Shown: in pieces, positions 9,472 through 19,404 of the stretch
Layout of the letters: each line of letters starts with the position of its first letter
How positions within the stretch are numbered: position 1 is the stretch's first letter
Source of the DNA: Candidatus Sericytochromatia bacterium
GTDB taxonomy: Bacteria; Cyanobacteriota; Sericytochromatia; S15B-MN24; UBA4093
Direction of reading: 5' to 3'
Assembly (NCBI GenBank): GCA_036676495.1
Contig: JAKFCT010000014.1
Span: 1 to 64,000, forward strand
DNA: 64,000 bases
The notes under the pieces: model-generated
The model's input: the letters and a program-made list of their open reading frames with translations, nothing else
Database searches by the model: none
What the model was told of the DNA's origin: nothing
Made by a program: the position numbers and the translations under genes

Positions 9472-12033
9472 GTGCAGCCCCAGTACTCCCCGATGATGCA
9501 GCAGTACCTCTCCTTGAAGGAGCAGTATCCCGACGTCCTGCTCTTCTACCGGATGGGGGACTTCTACGAGATGTTCTTCGAGGACGCCAAGATCGCCTCG
9601 AACGAGCTCGAGTTGACCCTGACGGGCCGGGATTCGGGGGGTGAGCGCATCCCCATGGCCGGCATCCCCTACCATGCGGCCGAAAACTACCTCACCCGCC
9701 TGATCGAGAAGGGCTACCGCGTGGCCATCTGCGAGCAGGTCGAGGATCCCGCCCAGGCCAAGGGGCTCGTGAAGCGCGAGGTGGTCCGCCTGGTCACTCC
9801 GGGCACCCTCCTGGAGTCGGGGTACCTTTCCGACAAGCAGAACAACTTCCTGGCGGCCATTTCCGCGACGGCCGACGGGTACGGACTCGCCTACTGCGAC
9901 GTTTCCACGGGCGAGCTGCTCGCCACCGAGGTCTCGGACGCGCGGACGCTGGCGGCGGAGCTTTCCCGCCTGATGCCGGCCGAGTTGCTCTTGCCGGTGC
10001 CGACGGAGGTCTGGGAGCGGACGGCCTGGGGTCGGCAGCCGGGCCGCGTGCCGCCTGACCAGCTCGATGCGCGCTGGGCGGGATTGCTGCCCGAGGGGCT
10101 CAACCTGACCTTGCGCCATGAGGCGGGGTTCAGCGCCGAAGCCGGCAAGCGGCTGATCGCTGAGCATTTCCGGGTCGCCAGCCTGGAGGGCTTCGGGCTC
10201 ACGGATAATCGACTCGCGGTCGGTGCCATCGGGGCCCTGCTGACCTACCTCTACGAGACGCGTAAATCCCAGCTGCCCCCGTTCTCGGGGATTCGCGTCT
10301 ATCGGCTCGCGGACTACATGGGACTCGACGGCGGCACGCGCCGGAACCTCGAACTGATGCAGACCGCCCGGGACGGCTCCTGGAAGGGGTCGCTCCTCTG
10401 GGTGCTGGACGAGACCCGAACGGCCATGGGCGGCCGGAAGCTGCGCCAGTGGCTGATGCACCCCCTGATCACCCCCGCCGAGATCGGCCAACGCCATGAA
10501 GCGGTGGGAGAGCTTGCCGCGCATGCGACGCTGCGGATGGCCCTGGGGCAGCGGCTGGGTTCCGTGAAGGATCTCGAGCGACTGGCGTCGCGGGTCGGGG
10601 CCGGAACGGCCAACGCGCGGGATCTCAATGCCCTCAAGGACTCGGTCGAGGCGCTGCCGGCGCTCGCCGAGACCCTTTCCGGCTGCCGCAGCGAGCTGCT
10701 CACGGCCATCGAGGGCTTGCCCGCCGATCTGCTGGAGCTGGCCGCGCGGATCCGCCGCACGCTCAACGACGCTCCGCCGATCTCGCTGTCGGACGGCGGG
10801 ATCATCCGGGATGGCGTCAGCCCCGAGCTCGACGAGCTTCGCGGCCTGCTGGGCGACAGCAAGGAATGGCTCACCCGCTTCGAGCAGCAGGAGCGCGAGC
10901 GTAGCGGCATCCGTTCGTTGAAGGTGGGTTACAACAAGGCCTTCGGCTACTTCATCGAGGTGACGCACGCCAACACGAGCCTGGTCCCCGAGGATTATCA
11001 CCGCAAACAGACCCTCACCAACGCGGAGCGCTACGTCACTCCCGAACTGAAAGACCGCGAGCAGCGGATCCTGACGGCCCAGGATCGGATCGGTCGGCTG
11101 GAGTACGACCTCTTCGCGGCCTTGCGCGAGGCGGTCCTGCCCTGGGTCCCGACGTTGCAGGAGCTGGCGTCGCGGGTGTCGGCGGTGGACGTGCTCGCGT
11201 CCTTCGCGGAGGTGGCGGTGCGCAATGGCTTCACCCGCCCCGAGGTGGACGATTCGGTCACGCTGGCGATCACGGAGGGGCGCCACCCGGTGGTGGAGCG
11301 TCTGTTGCCGCCCGGCTCGTTCGTCCCCAACGACGCGCAGCTGGACGCCGAGGGGGCTCAGCTCGTGATCCTGACCGGTCCCAACATGGCGGGTAAGTCG
11401 ACGTTTATGCGCCAGATCGCGTTGATCGTGCTGCTGGCGCAGGTGGGCAGTTTCGTGCCCGCGAAGGCGGCGCGGATCGGCGTGGTGGATCGGATCTTCA
11501 CCCGGGTGGGGGCGGTGGACGACCTCGCCACCGGGCAATCCACGTTCATGGTGGAGATGAACGAGACCGCCAACATTCTCAACAACGCCACCCGGCGCTC
11601 CTTGATCCTGCTCGACGAGATCGGGCGCGGGACCTCGACCTTCGACGGCATCTCCATCGCCTGGTCGGTTTCGGAGCACCTGGCGAGCCAGGTACGGGCG
11701 CGGACCCTGTTCGCGACGCATTACCACGAGCTGACCAGCCTCGCGATGAGCCAGCCCGGGGTGCGGACCTACAAGGTACTGGTCGAGGAGAAGGACGGGC
11801 AGGTTCACTTCCTGCGGCGGGTGGTGCCGGGCGGCGCGGATCGCTCCTACGGCATCGAGGTGGCGCGCCTGGCGGGCCTTCCGCCGCAGGTGATCGAGCG
11901 GGCGCGGCAGGTGCTGGCCGAGATCGAGCGCCGGAACCGGATCTCGCTCAGCCTCCGGAATGCGGCCATGAACGAGGGGGGAGACCCCGCGGTGAGCCAG
12001 CTTCCCCTGTTCAGCAGCCCGGGAACGGTGTAG
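9472..12033 (+). CDS. mutS: DNA mismatch repair protein MutS
   Basis: [43 protein letters not shown]; GTG start after GGAGG. Confidence 0.98.
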   Translation: MQPQYSPMMQQYLSLKEQYPDVLLFYRMGDFYEMFFEDAKIASNELELTLTGRDSGGERIPMAGIPYHAAENYLTRLIEKGYRVAICEQVEDPAQAKGLVKREVVRLVTPGTLLESGYLSDKQNNFLAAISATADGYGLAYCDVSTGELLATEVSDARTLAAELSRLMPAELLLPVPTEVWERTAWGRQPGRVPPDQLDARWAGLLPEGLNLTLRHEAGFSAEAGKRLIAEHFRVASLEGFGLTDNRLAVGAIGALLTYLYETRKSQLPPFSGIRVYRLADYMGLDGGTRRNLELMQTARDGSWKGSLLWVLDETRTAMGGRKLRQWLMHPLITPAEIGQRHEAVGELAAHATLRMALGQRLGSVKDLERLASRVGAGTANARDLNALKDSVEALPALAETLSGCRSELLTAIEGLPADLLELAARIRRTLNDAPPISLSDGGIIRDGVSPELDELRGLLGDSKEWLTRFEQQERERSGIRSLKVGYNKAFGYFIEVTHANTSLVPEDYHRKQTLTNAERYVTPELKDREQRILTAQDRIGRLEYDLFAALREAVLPWVPTLQELASRVSAVDVLASFAEVAVRNGFTRPEVDDSVTLAITEGRHPVVERLLPPGSFVPNDAQLDAEGAQLVILTGPNMAGKSTFMRQIALIVLLAQVGSFVPAKAARIGVVDRIFTRVGAVDDLATGQSTFMVEMNETANILNNATRRSLILLDEIGRGTSTFDGISIAWSVSEHLASQVRARTLFATHYHELTSLAMSQPGVRTYKVLVEEKDGQVHFLRRVVPGGADRSYGIEVARLAGLPPQVIERARQVLAEIERRNRISLSLRNAAMNEGGDPAVSQLPLFSSPGTV

Positions 12034-12059
12034 TTTCGAGCGAAGAATCGTCAAGAATG

Positions 12060-12086
12060 TAACGCCGGACACCGATTCCGGCGTTA
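12060..12086 (+). terminator. Probable intrinsic terminator of mutS
   Basis: TAACGCCGGA-N7-TCCGGCGTTA followed by TGTTTGTT. Confidence 0.55.
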
Positions 12087-12167
12087 TGTTTGTTAGAATG
12101 GACCTGAAACGCTCGTCCCATCGTCGCAAACCGCCGACCATAGCCCCCCGGACGGGTGCCGAAGCGC

Positions 12168-13046
12168 ATGGCAACAAAATACGAAAAGCAAATCGAGAAG
12201 CTGCTGGGTCACGTCAAGCAGCTCCACCAGCTGATCGAGGAGCGTACTCAACAGCTTAAATATTGGCAGGGCTACGCCAACAAACTCCGCGAAGAGCGGC
12301 AGCGTTTGTCGTCGGGCCTGCTTTCGGCTGCGCGCAAGACCTTCTCGGAGGTGGCGGCCCGCTACCAGGCGCTCCGCGCCGAGAACGGCAAGCTGCGCAA
12401 GCATATCGAGCATCTTCACCAGCTCCAGCAGAAGCAGGAGTTCCAGCTCAAGACCCAGCTCCAGTACGCGCTCGGGCGGATCGACGATCTGTCCATCGAG
12501 CGCAAGCACTGGCGTACGAGCGTCCAGCACAAGCAACAGCAGATCTGGAAAGCCCAGGAGCAGCTTCAGGACGCGGAGCAGCGCTTCGCGGCGGAGTTGC
12601 AGGCGTTGCAGCAGCAGCTCGATCAGGAGCAGCTGCGGGCGCGCTCGCTGAGCGATCGCCTCGAGACCGCCGAGCGCCAGATCGAAATGCAGCAGGTACA
12701 ATGGCAGGACCTGCTCGGAGAGAAGCAGGGCCTGCTGGCCAAGCTCGAAGAGACCGAGTCGGCCCTGGCGATCGCCCAGAAGACCCTGTCGGAGACCCTG
12801 GCGAGCCAGCAGTCCTCGGTGGGCCGCGAAGTCGACGCCCTGCGTCAGATGGTGGTCTCGCTGCAGCGTCAGACCGAGAACCTCCACGCCGAGCTCGCCG
12901 AGAACCAGGAAACCATCGACAAGCAGGAGCGCTTCATCGCGGTCCTGAAGGGCGATGGATCGAAGCCCAACATTCGGCCGATTGCCGATAAGAAATCGTT
13001 CCCCCCGTCGGCCCCCCCCCAGTCGGAGGATACTGCAAGTGGCTAA
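12168..13046 (+). CDS. Long coiled-coil hypothetical protein
   Basis: Q/E/L/K-rich heptad pattern over about 270 aa; overlaps the pdp start. Confidence 0.75.
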   Translation: MATKYEKQIEKLLGHVKQLHQLIEERTQQLKYWQGYANKLREERQRLSSGLLSAARKTFSEVAARYQALRAENGKLRKHIEHLHQLQQKQEFQLKTQLQYALGRIDDLSIERKHWRTSVQHKQQQIWKAQEQLQDAEQRFAAELQALQQQLDQEQLRARSLSDRLETAERQIEMQQVQWQDLLGEKQGLLAKLEETESALAIAQKTLSETLASQQSSVGREVDALRQMVVSLQRQTENLHAELAENQETIDKQERFIAVLKGDGSKPNIRPIADKKSFPPSAPPQSEDTASG

Positions 13047-14370
13047 CCCCTCGATGCTTTCGCTCATCAAAACCAAGCGTGACGGCGGCGAGCACTCCCG
13101 TGAGGAGCTCGCCTGGCTTGTTTCGAACGTCGCGGAGATTCCCGACTACCAGCTCTCGGCTTGGCTGATGGCCGTGGTCCTGCGGGGCATGTCGATCGCG
13201 GAGACGACCCACCTCACCGACCTGATGGCCCATTCCGGCCAGGTCATGGATCTCTCGGACGTGCAGGGCCCCTGCGCCGACAAGCACTCCACGGGCGGCG
13301 TGGGCGACAAGGTCACCCTGATCCTGGCTCCCTTGGTCGCGAGCGCCGGCGTCACCGTCGCCAAGCTCTCCGGCCGCGGCCTGGGCCATACCGGCGGCAC
13401 CATCGACAAGGTGGAGGCGATTCCGGGCTTCAACCCCGAGCTTCCCATCGCGGCCTTCAAGCAGCAGCTGCGCGACATCCAGGTCGCCCTGGCCTCCCAG
13501 ACCGGCGAGCTGGCTCCGGCCGACGGCGTCCTCTACGCCATGCGCGACGTCACCGGCACGGTCGAAAGCATCCCCCTGATCGCGGCCTCGGTCCTCTCCA
13601 AGAAGATCGCCTCGGGTGCCGACGTGATCCTGCTCGACGTCAAGACCGGCTCGGGCGCCTTCATGAAGGACGACGCCAGCGCCAAGGCCCTTGCGGACAC
13701 CATGATGGAAGTGGGACGCCGGCTCGGGAAGCAGGTCGTCTGCGTCGTCTCCGAGATGGGCCAGCCCCTCGGCCACGCCGTGGGTCACGCCAACGAGGTC
13801 GCCGAGGCGATCCAGACCTTGCAGGGCAAGGGCCCCGCGGATCTGACCGAACTCTGCGTCCGCCTGGGCGGCTTGATCCTCATGGGCGCGGGCGCCGTGA
13901 CGACCCCCGAGGCGGGTGAGGCGAAACTTCGGGAGGCGATCGCCAGCGGCGCGGCCATCCGGAAGTTCCGCGAGTTCGTCGAGGCTCAAGGGGGCGACCC
14001 GCGCGTCATCGAGACCCCTGACCTCATGCCGCAGCCGCGCCTGCGCGTTCCCGTCGAGGCCACGGCGGAAGGCTACGTGCAGCAACTCGACGCCCTTCCC
14101 GTCGGCATCGCCTGCAAGGAGCTGGGCGGCGGCCGCCTCTTCAAGGGCGCACCCCTGGACCTGGCCGTCGGGGTCGATTTGCAGAAGAAGGTCGGAGATC
14201 GGGTAGAAAAGGGAGAGACTCTCGCTTACTTGTTGGTCAACGACGAGTCCAAGCTTGCCGCGGCCACCGAGGCCGTCCAGTCGGCCTACCGGATCGGACC
14301 CGTTTCGGCGCAGCCGCCGGAGCTGATTCGGGCCGTCTACGCGGCGGAGTCCGTCTCCGGACGACCCTAG
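13039..14370 (+). CDS. pdp: Pyrimidine-nucleoside (thymidine) phosphorylase
   Basis: KRDG, DKHSTGGVGDK, SGRGLGHTGGTIDK, DVKTGSGAFMK; GTG start after GGAGG. Confidence 0.95.
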   Translation: MANPSMLSLIKTKRDGGEHSREELAWLVSNVAEIPDYQLSAWLMAVVLRGMSIAETTHLTDLMAHSGQVMDLSDVQGPCADKHSTGGVGDKVTLILAPLVASAGVTVAKLSGRGLGHTGGTIDKVEAIPGFNPELPIAAFKQQLRDIQVALASQTGELAPADGVLYAMRDVTGTVESIPLIAASVLSKKIASGADVILLDVKTGSGAFMKDDASAKALADTMMEVGRRLGKQVVCVVSEMGQPLGHAVGHANEVAEAIQTLQGKGPADLTELCVRLGGLILMGAGAVTTPEAGEAKLREAIASGAAIRKFREFVEAQGGDPRVIETPDLMPQPRLRVPVEATAEGYVQQLDALPVGIACKELGGGRLFKGAPLDLAVGVDLQKKVGDRVEKGETLAYLLVNDESKLAAATEAVQSAYRIGPVSAQPPELIRAVYAAESVSGRP

Positions 14371-14442
14371 CCCCTGCGGCGGCTTCGAAAGCCGCCGACC
14401 TGCAGGTTGGCGACGCGGTCCTGAAGACACGTCAGGGAAACG

Positions 14443-16122
14443 ATGCAGACCAGGGAGGGCAGCAAGGTGGCGGTTTCGGGAAAGCGCATGCGGCTGGGTG
14501 AAATCCTCATCATGGCAGGAGTCTTGACCGAGGAGCAGCTCCAGATTGGCCTCGCCAAGCAACAGCAGACTCGAGACCCCATCGGGCAGATCCTGGTCAA
14601 CCTGGGTTACGTCACCGAAGAGCAAATCAAGCATGCGCTCGAGGTCCAGTACGGGGTAAAGGCCTTCTCGCTGAAGTCCAAGATCCCGCAGGAAGTGATG
14701 CGCCTCATCCCCGAAGCGATGATGCGCCGTCACAAGATCCTCCCGGTCTCGCTCAACCAGTTGACCATCGCCATGGTCGATCCGAGCAACATCCTCGCGC
14801 TCGACGATCTTCGCCTCCGCTTCAAGGGCGTCTCCATCCAGCCGGTGGTCGTCACGGAGGCGGAGTTCGATCAGGCCCTCAAGGCGCTTCCCCGCGAAAC
14901 GGTGATCGAGCAGGCGCCTCGTGAAGAGGAGCCCGTCGCCGATGTCCCCCTGGACGAGGGATCGGCCGAGAAGATCGCCCATGCGATTCTCTCGGGCGCC
15001 CTGCGGCGCGGCGCCACCGAGGTGGTGCTGGAACCTCGCGAACAGGAAGTCATGGTGCGCTTCCGCATCGAGGGCAAGCTCGTCAAGGAGCCGGCGATTC
15101 CATCGCGGCTCGCCAACGCCCTCGTCGCCCGCCTGAGGGTCATGGCGGATCTCCCGCCGACGGCGAGCCATGCCTCCCAGTCGGGCGTCATCCGGATGCC
15201 CTACGAATCCCGCCAGATCAAGATCATGCTCCGGTGCATGCCCGTTCGCTTCGGGCAGATGCTCACCTTGCGGATCTTCGACCCCACGCTTTTCAAGCAA
15301 GCCGCGCTGGACACCCTGGTCGTCAATCCTCGGGTGGCCTCGACCCTCAAGTCGGTGCTGGAGCGCCCGTCGGGCCTGGTCCTCTTCAACGGTCCCCTGC
15401 ACTCGGGAAAGCACACCATGCTGGCGGCCTCCCTGCGGGAAGCCATCCGCACGGGCCGCTCGGCGATCGCCCTCGAGATCCCGGTGGCCGAATCGATCGA
15501 CGGTGTCACGCTGGTCACCGCCAGCGAGGAGAACCTGGAGGCTCGCCGCTCGGCGGTCGAAGCCATGCTCCTGCAATCCCCCGATCTGATGGTGGTCGAC
15601 CAGGTGGACGACCCCGAGGTGGCGCGCAAGCTGGTGCGCGGGGCGCTCGGGGGGCGCCTCGGCATGCTCGGTTTGACCACCACCCAGCGCTTCCTCGATG
15701 AGATGCTCGATTTGACCGGCATGGAGCCGCGCTCCATCGCCAATGCGGTGGCGGGCGTCGTGACCATGCGGCTGGTCCGTCGGCTCTGTCCGGCCTGCCG
15801 GATTCCCTACAAGCCCGATGAGGCCACCATGGCCTTTTTCCGGCCCTTCAACGACTCGGGCTACCTTCACCGTGCCGTCGGATGCCCGGAGTGCCATGAA
15901 ACCGGCTTCAAGGGCCAGGTCGGCCTCTACGAGGTCTATCCCTTCAACGCCAAGATGCGCCAGCTCGTCGCGCAAGGCGCCTCCAAGTCCGAGATCGACG
16001 TCTACGCCAAGCAGCAAGGCTACATGCCGCTGCCGGACTATGCGGCTTGGGTCGTGGCCCAGGGCTATACCACGCTCGAGGAACTGGCCCAGGGTGACAT
16101 CTTCGACGGAGCGGAGGTCTAG
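14443..16122 (+). CDS. GspE/PilB family protein with N-terminal MshEN domain and degenerate ATPase motifs
   Basis: RLGEILIMAGVLTEEQL, VRFRIEG, GPLHSGKHT, RLVRRLCPAC...GCPEC..TGFKGQ. Confidence 0.88.
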   Translation: MQTREGSKVAVSGKRMRLGEILIMAGVLTEEQLQIGLAKQQQTRDPIGQILVNLGYVTEEQIKHALEVQYGVKAFSLKSKIPQEVMRLIPEAMMRRHKILPVSLNQLTIAMVDPSNILALDDLRLRFKGVSIQPVVVTEAEFDQALKALPRETVIEQAPREEEPVADVPLDEGSAEKIAHAILSGALRRGATEVVLEPREQEVMVRFRIEGKLVKEPAIPSRLANALVARLRVMADLPPTASHASQSGVIRMPYESRQIKIMLRCMPVRFGQMLTLRIFDPTLFKQAALDTLVVNPRVASTLKSVLERPSGLVLFNGPLHSGKHTMLAASLREAIRTGRSAIALEIPVAESIDGVTLVTASEENLEARRSAVEAMLLQSPDLMVVDQVDDPEVARKLVRGALGGRLGMLGLTTTQRFLDEMLDLTGMEPRSIANAVAGVVTMRLVRRLCPACRIPYKPDEATMAFFRPFNDSGYLHRAVGCPECHETGFKGQVGLYEVYPFNAKMRQLVAQGASKSEIDVYAKQQGYMPLPDYAAWVVAQGYTTLEELAQGDIFDGAEV

Positions 16123-16222
16123 CTTTCCGCCGTCCTTCAAGCGCTTGCGGGACGGTTTGGAGCTATAATGGCGACAGGAAAGCAAGTGCTTCCATGCGCC
16201 CCTGATTCGAGAAGAGGACATC

Positions 16223-16534
16223 ATGCCGAACATCAACGATCTCCGTGACAGCTTCGATAAGCTCATGGCGCAGGCCCGCGAGACCTCCGAGATTGGAGTC
16301 CAGGTCGCCCGGGACGAGATCCACAAGCTTGTGAAGGATCCCGAGACCGTCCGCAAGATGGAGGACTTCGAAGAGAACTTCGACAAGCAGTTCCGCGAAG
16401 TCGCCACCCGCATCGAGGACAGCACCCGTCAGATGGCCTCGATGTTCGATAACCTCATGAACCAGATGCCCTTCGGCACCAAGCCCGAATCGGCCCAACC
16501 CGAAGCGAAGCCTGAGACCAAGAAGGCCGAGTAA
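16223..16534 (+). CDS. Small amphipathic-helical hypothetical protein
   Basis: GAGGA RBS, TATAAT at 16164-16169, strong terminator downstream. Confidence 0.8.
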   Translation: MPNINDLRDSFDKLMAQARETSEIGVQVARDEIHKLVKDPETVRKMEDFEENFDKQFREVATRIEDSTRQMASMFDNLMNQMPFGTKPESAQPEAKPETKKAE

Positions 16535-16544
16535 TCAGCCAAAC

Positions 16545-16589
16545 AAAAGCCAGGAGGCCCCGTGTCCGACACGGGGCCTCCTGGCTTTT
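16545..16589. terminator. Bidirectional intrinsic terminator
   Basis: 22-bp inverted repeat AAAAGCCAGGAGGCCCCGTGTC / GACACGGGGCCTCCTGGCTTTT between convergent genes. Confidence 0.88.
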
Positions 16590-16605
16590 GGCATCCGCAG
16601 CCAGG

Positions 16606-17022
16606 CTAGGTCTCGATGACTTCCCGGATGTTCGCGACCCGGAAATGCGCTTCCTTGAGCAGGGGCCGCAGGGCGCTGACCGTGCGGGGAAGTTCGGAGG
16701 CTTCGAGCCGGATCTCCACCTCAGCCAGGCGCCGCTTGGCGTCGTCTCCGAGCGCCAGGTCCACCATGAACCGCGGGGTGCTGGTCCGCCGAATCTCGGC
16801 GACCGGAACGTCCCAGTCCGCCTCGGCGGCAATCCGATCCAGCTCCCTGAGCAGCACCCGCCTCGGCGAGACGAGCGCGATGTTCAGGTCGACGACGCGC
16901 CCGCCGGCATCGGCCACGATCTCCAGCGTTCCGACGTTGGGGCCCAGCCGGGAGAGGTAAGGGACGATCCCGAGATCGACCTCGACGCTCTGGGTCCCGC
17001 GCAATAAATCGAGGGTCTGCAT
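16606..17022 (-). CDS. Hypothetical protein coupled to the large upstream ORF
   Basis: ATG 6 nt after the upstream stop, with purine-rich GAGGT/GGAG upstream; ends at the terminator. Confidence 0.7.
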   Translation of the reverse strand: MQTLDLLRGTQSVEVDLGIVPYLSRLGPNVGTLEIVADAGGRVVDLNIALVSPRRVLLRELDRIAAEADWDVPVAEIRRTSTPRFMVDLALGDDAKRRLAEVEIRLEASELPRTVSALRPLLKEAHFRVANIREVIET

Positions 17023-17028
17023 CTCCGT

Positions 17029-19404
17029 TTACCTCGCTCCCACGGATTGCCGCATCTCGGCGTTGAGGTTCTTCGGCGCCTCGACGGTGTCGAGATCCGA
17101 CTCCAATCGCCTTCCCGCTCCGATCTGGATCCCCGTCCCGCCGAGGTTGAAGCCGAAGGAGACCTCGTCGGTCTTGGTCGCCTTGATGTCCGTGACCTCC
17201 AGCTTGTCGTTCGGGTCGGGGCTGGCCAGCGACTGCGCCAGGTTGGCCAGTGCCTGGGTGGGGTTCTCGCGGCTGGAGCTCTTGAGATCGGCCAGGGCTT
17301 CGGAGGTGTACGAGCGCGTCACGCTGACCGTGTCCGATTCCTCCACCCGGAGCATGACGTCGTCCTGGAGGCGGCCCCGGATATCGGTGGTCCCGATGCC
17401 CCGGAACTTCGCCCCGGTCATCTCCTCGGTCACGTCGACCCCCTGAACCTCTCCGTCCTTGAGTCGGATGGCGATCGTCCGGTTGCTCTCCGCGCTGGCC
17501 CCGGCACTGAGATCCCCCAGGGTGGAGGCTTGCGCCTGGGCGTTGCCCTGGACGTTCAGGTAGAGCGTGGTCTCTCCGGTCCGGAAGTTGTGCTCGGCCC
17601 CGACGTTGACCTCGCCTCCGATGCCCGCGGTGATCTCGCCGAGGTTGAGGTTCGCCTGATCGAGCGCCATTCCGGCCGCGGTTCCCTTGAGGCCGTAGTC
17701 GTTCTCGGACTCCGGCTCATCGGTATCCGACTCGTCGATCACCCGGTTTCCGGTGGCCTTGAGCTGGCCGTCCTTGCCGTCGGTGCCGGCGACCCGGACC
17801 TCACCGCCCTTCCCGTGGTCATCCTCGCCAATTTGCCCGAGGCTCACGCTCGCCGACGCCTGGGCCGACGCGTAGACGCCGGCTTCGCCGCGGACGGAGG
17901 TGAGGTGCCGGCCGAAGTTCTTCGCGGCTTCCAGCGCGTCGGGGGCCGCCAGCGCGCCGATGCCGGGGATGGCCGTCTTGGCCGTGGATCCCACGATGCC
18001 CGTCAGGTCGTCCATGTCTTGCTGGTTCGTCGGGTCGAAGGTGAAGGTGAACTCCGCCTGCGCCTGCAGGCCCGCCTCGACGCCCGCCGAGGCGTGCGCC
18101 TTGGCGCCGGCATTGATGTCGTTGCCGTAGAGCGACTGCGGGCCCTTCTGGGTGGAACCGCCCACTCCGAACTCGGCTTCCAGGCCCACGCCTGCCCGCG
18201 CGTCGACCACCAGAGAGACTTCGAGCTCCGTGGGAGGCTCGCCGTGCTCGTCCTTGGGCTCGAGTCTCGGATTGCCGTTGGCATCAGTCGCGGGAACCCG
18301 CTTGATCTCGAGTTCGGCTCCAGCTCCGAGTTGCACCCCGCCGATCTGGGCGTCGGCATCGAGCTTGATGAACGCCGATTCTCCCACCTCGAGACGGTTG
18401 GTCACGAGGTCGCCGAGCACGCCCGTCTTCTCCTGCGTGTACTCCGCGTCCTCTCCCAGCGGAGACTTGTCGAGGCCGCCATCGATGGCCTTGAAGGCCT
18501 GGTCCCCGACCCATTCCGTGAAGTTGCCAACCTGCTCGGCGGCAAAGCTCGCAACCTCCCCGACGGCGTCCACCGACTTGTCGAAGAGATCCGTGGCCTT
18601 GTCCCAGACGTTTCCGAGGAAGTTGCCGACGTCGGCGGCACGCTTCTCGAACCAGTTCTTGTTTTCGTACTCGTGGCTGCTCTTGAGGGCTTCTTCACCG
18701 AGATCTCCCGCCTTGGCCTGGAGATCCGCGGACGACTTGGTGGCCGTTTCCAGGATGGCCGTGGCGCGGCGATCGGCTTCGGCCATGATCTTGGCGCGAT
18801 CGGCCGGGGACTTGTCGACCGCCAGTTTTTCGGCGCTGGCGATCAGCTTGTCCGCCTCCTGGGTGGCCGTGTCAACGACCTTGCGCGACTCTGTATTGGC
18901 CTTCTTCTGGACCTCGGCGACCTTCTCGCGGGTCCCCTCGGAGGCATCCGGGAACTTGGTCTTGGCCGTCTCCACGCGCTTGTCGAGCGCCTCTGCCTGT
19001 TCCTTGGCTTTCGCCTTCGCGGCATCCAGGCTGGGGGTTTGGCTCTTGGGGGCCGCAGGCTTGGCTTCCGCTGCCTTGGCAGCTCCGCCGTATTGCTCGA
19101 AGATGCCTTGCAGGCGAGCCGTCTCCATCGACAAGGGCTGGGTTTTGCTAGCCTTGTAGCCTTCCTGGCGCTGCTTGGACTCGGCGAGGCGAGCGGCCTC
19201 CTGCTGGCGCCGTTGCTCTTCCGCCTTCTTCTTCGCCTCGGCTTCGGCCTTTCGCTTGGCTTCTTCCTCGGCTTTGCGCCGCGCTTCCTCAGCCGCCTTT
19301 CGTGCCGCTTCCTCCGCGCGCTTCCGGGCCTCTTCCTGAGCTTTCCGCTGGGCCTCGAGATCGGCCGTCCGGCTCCGCCCGCCGCCTCCTGCTGCCTGTA
19401 CCAT
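17029..19404 (-). CDS. Large hypothetical protein (791 aa): K/E/A-rich helical N-terminus and Gly/Ala beta-rich body
   Basis: AAGGAGG RBS before ATG 19404; long ORF with GC3-rich codons. Confidence 0.85.
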   Translation of the reverse strand: MVQAAGGGGRSRTADLEAQRKAQEEARKRAEEAARKAAEEARRKAEEEAKRKAEAEAKKKAEEQRRQQEAARLAESKQRQEGYKASKTQPLSMETARLQGIFEQYGGAAKAAEAKPAAPKSQTPSLDAAKAKAKEQAEALDKRVETAKTKFPDASEGTREKVAEVQKKANTESRKVVDTATQEADKLIASAEKLAVDKSPADRAKIMAEADRRATAILETATKSSADLQAKAGDLGEEALKSSHEYENKNWFEKRAADVGNFLGNVWDKATDLFDKSVDAVGEVASFAAEQVGNFTEWVGDQAFKAIDGGLDKSPLGEDAEYTQEKTGVLGDLVTNRLEVGESAFIKLDADAQIGGVQLGAGAELEIKRVPATDANGNPRLEPKDEHGEPPTELEVSLVVDARAGVGLEAEFGVGGSTQKGPQSLYGNDINAGAKAHASAGVEAGLQAQAEFTFTFDPTNQQDMDDLTGIVGSTAKTAIPGIGALAAPDALEAAKNFGRHLTSVRGEAGVYASAQASASVSLGQIGEDDHGKGGEVRVAGTDGKDGQLKATGNRVIDESDTDEPESENDYGLKGTAAGMALDQANLNLGEITAGIGGEVNVGAEHNFRTGETTLYLNVQGNAQAQASTLGDLSAGASAESNRTIAIRLKDGEVQGVDVTEEMTGAKFRGIGTTDIRGRLQDDVMLRVEESDTVSVTRSYTSEALADLKSSSRENPTQALANLAQSLASPDPNDKLEVTDIKATKTDEVSFGFNLGGTGIQIGAGRRLESDLDTVEAPKNLNAEMRQSVGAR

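Noticed and set aside
12934-16425. Very long antisense ORFs (also 5850-8369, 9370-12177, 17047-19437, 32645-34510, 61972-63975)
   Set aside because: Shadows of real genes in high-GC DNA, where the antisense frame has few stops; no motifs or RBS
16545-16589. Long perfect inverted repeats (also 54493-54526, 56770-56817) as a MITE/REP family
   Set aside because: Sequences are unrelated to each other and sit at gene 3' ends with A/T tails, so terminators explain them
19190-19360. TolA assignment for the K/E/A-rich segment of the 791-aa protein
   Set aside because: No N-terminal TM anchor and no tolQR/tolB context; compositional similarity only
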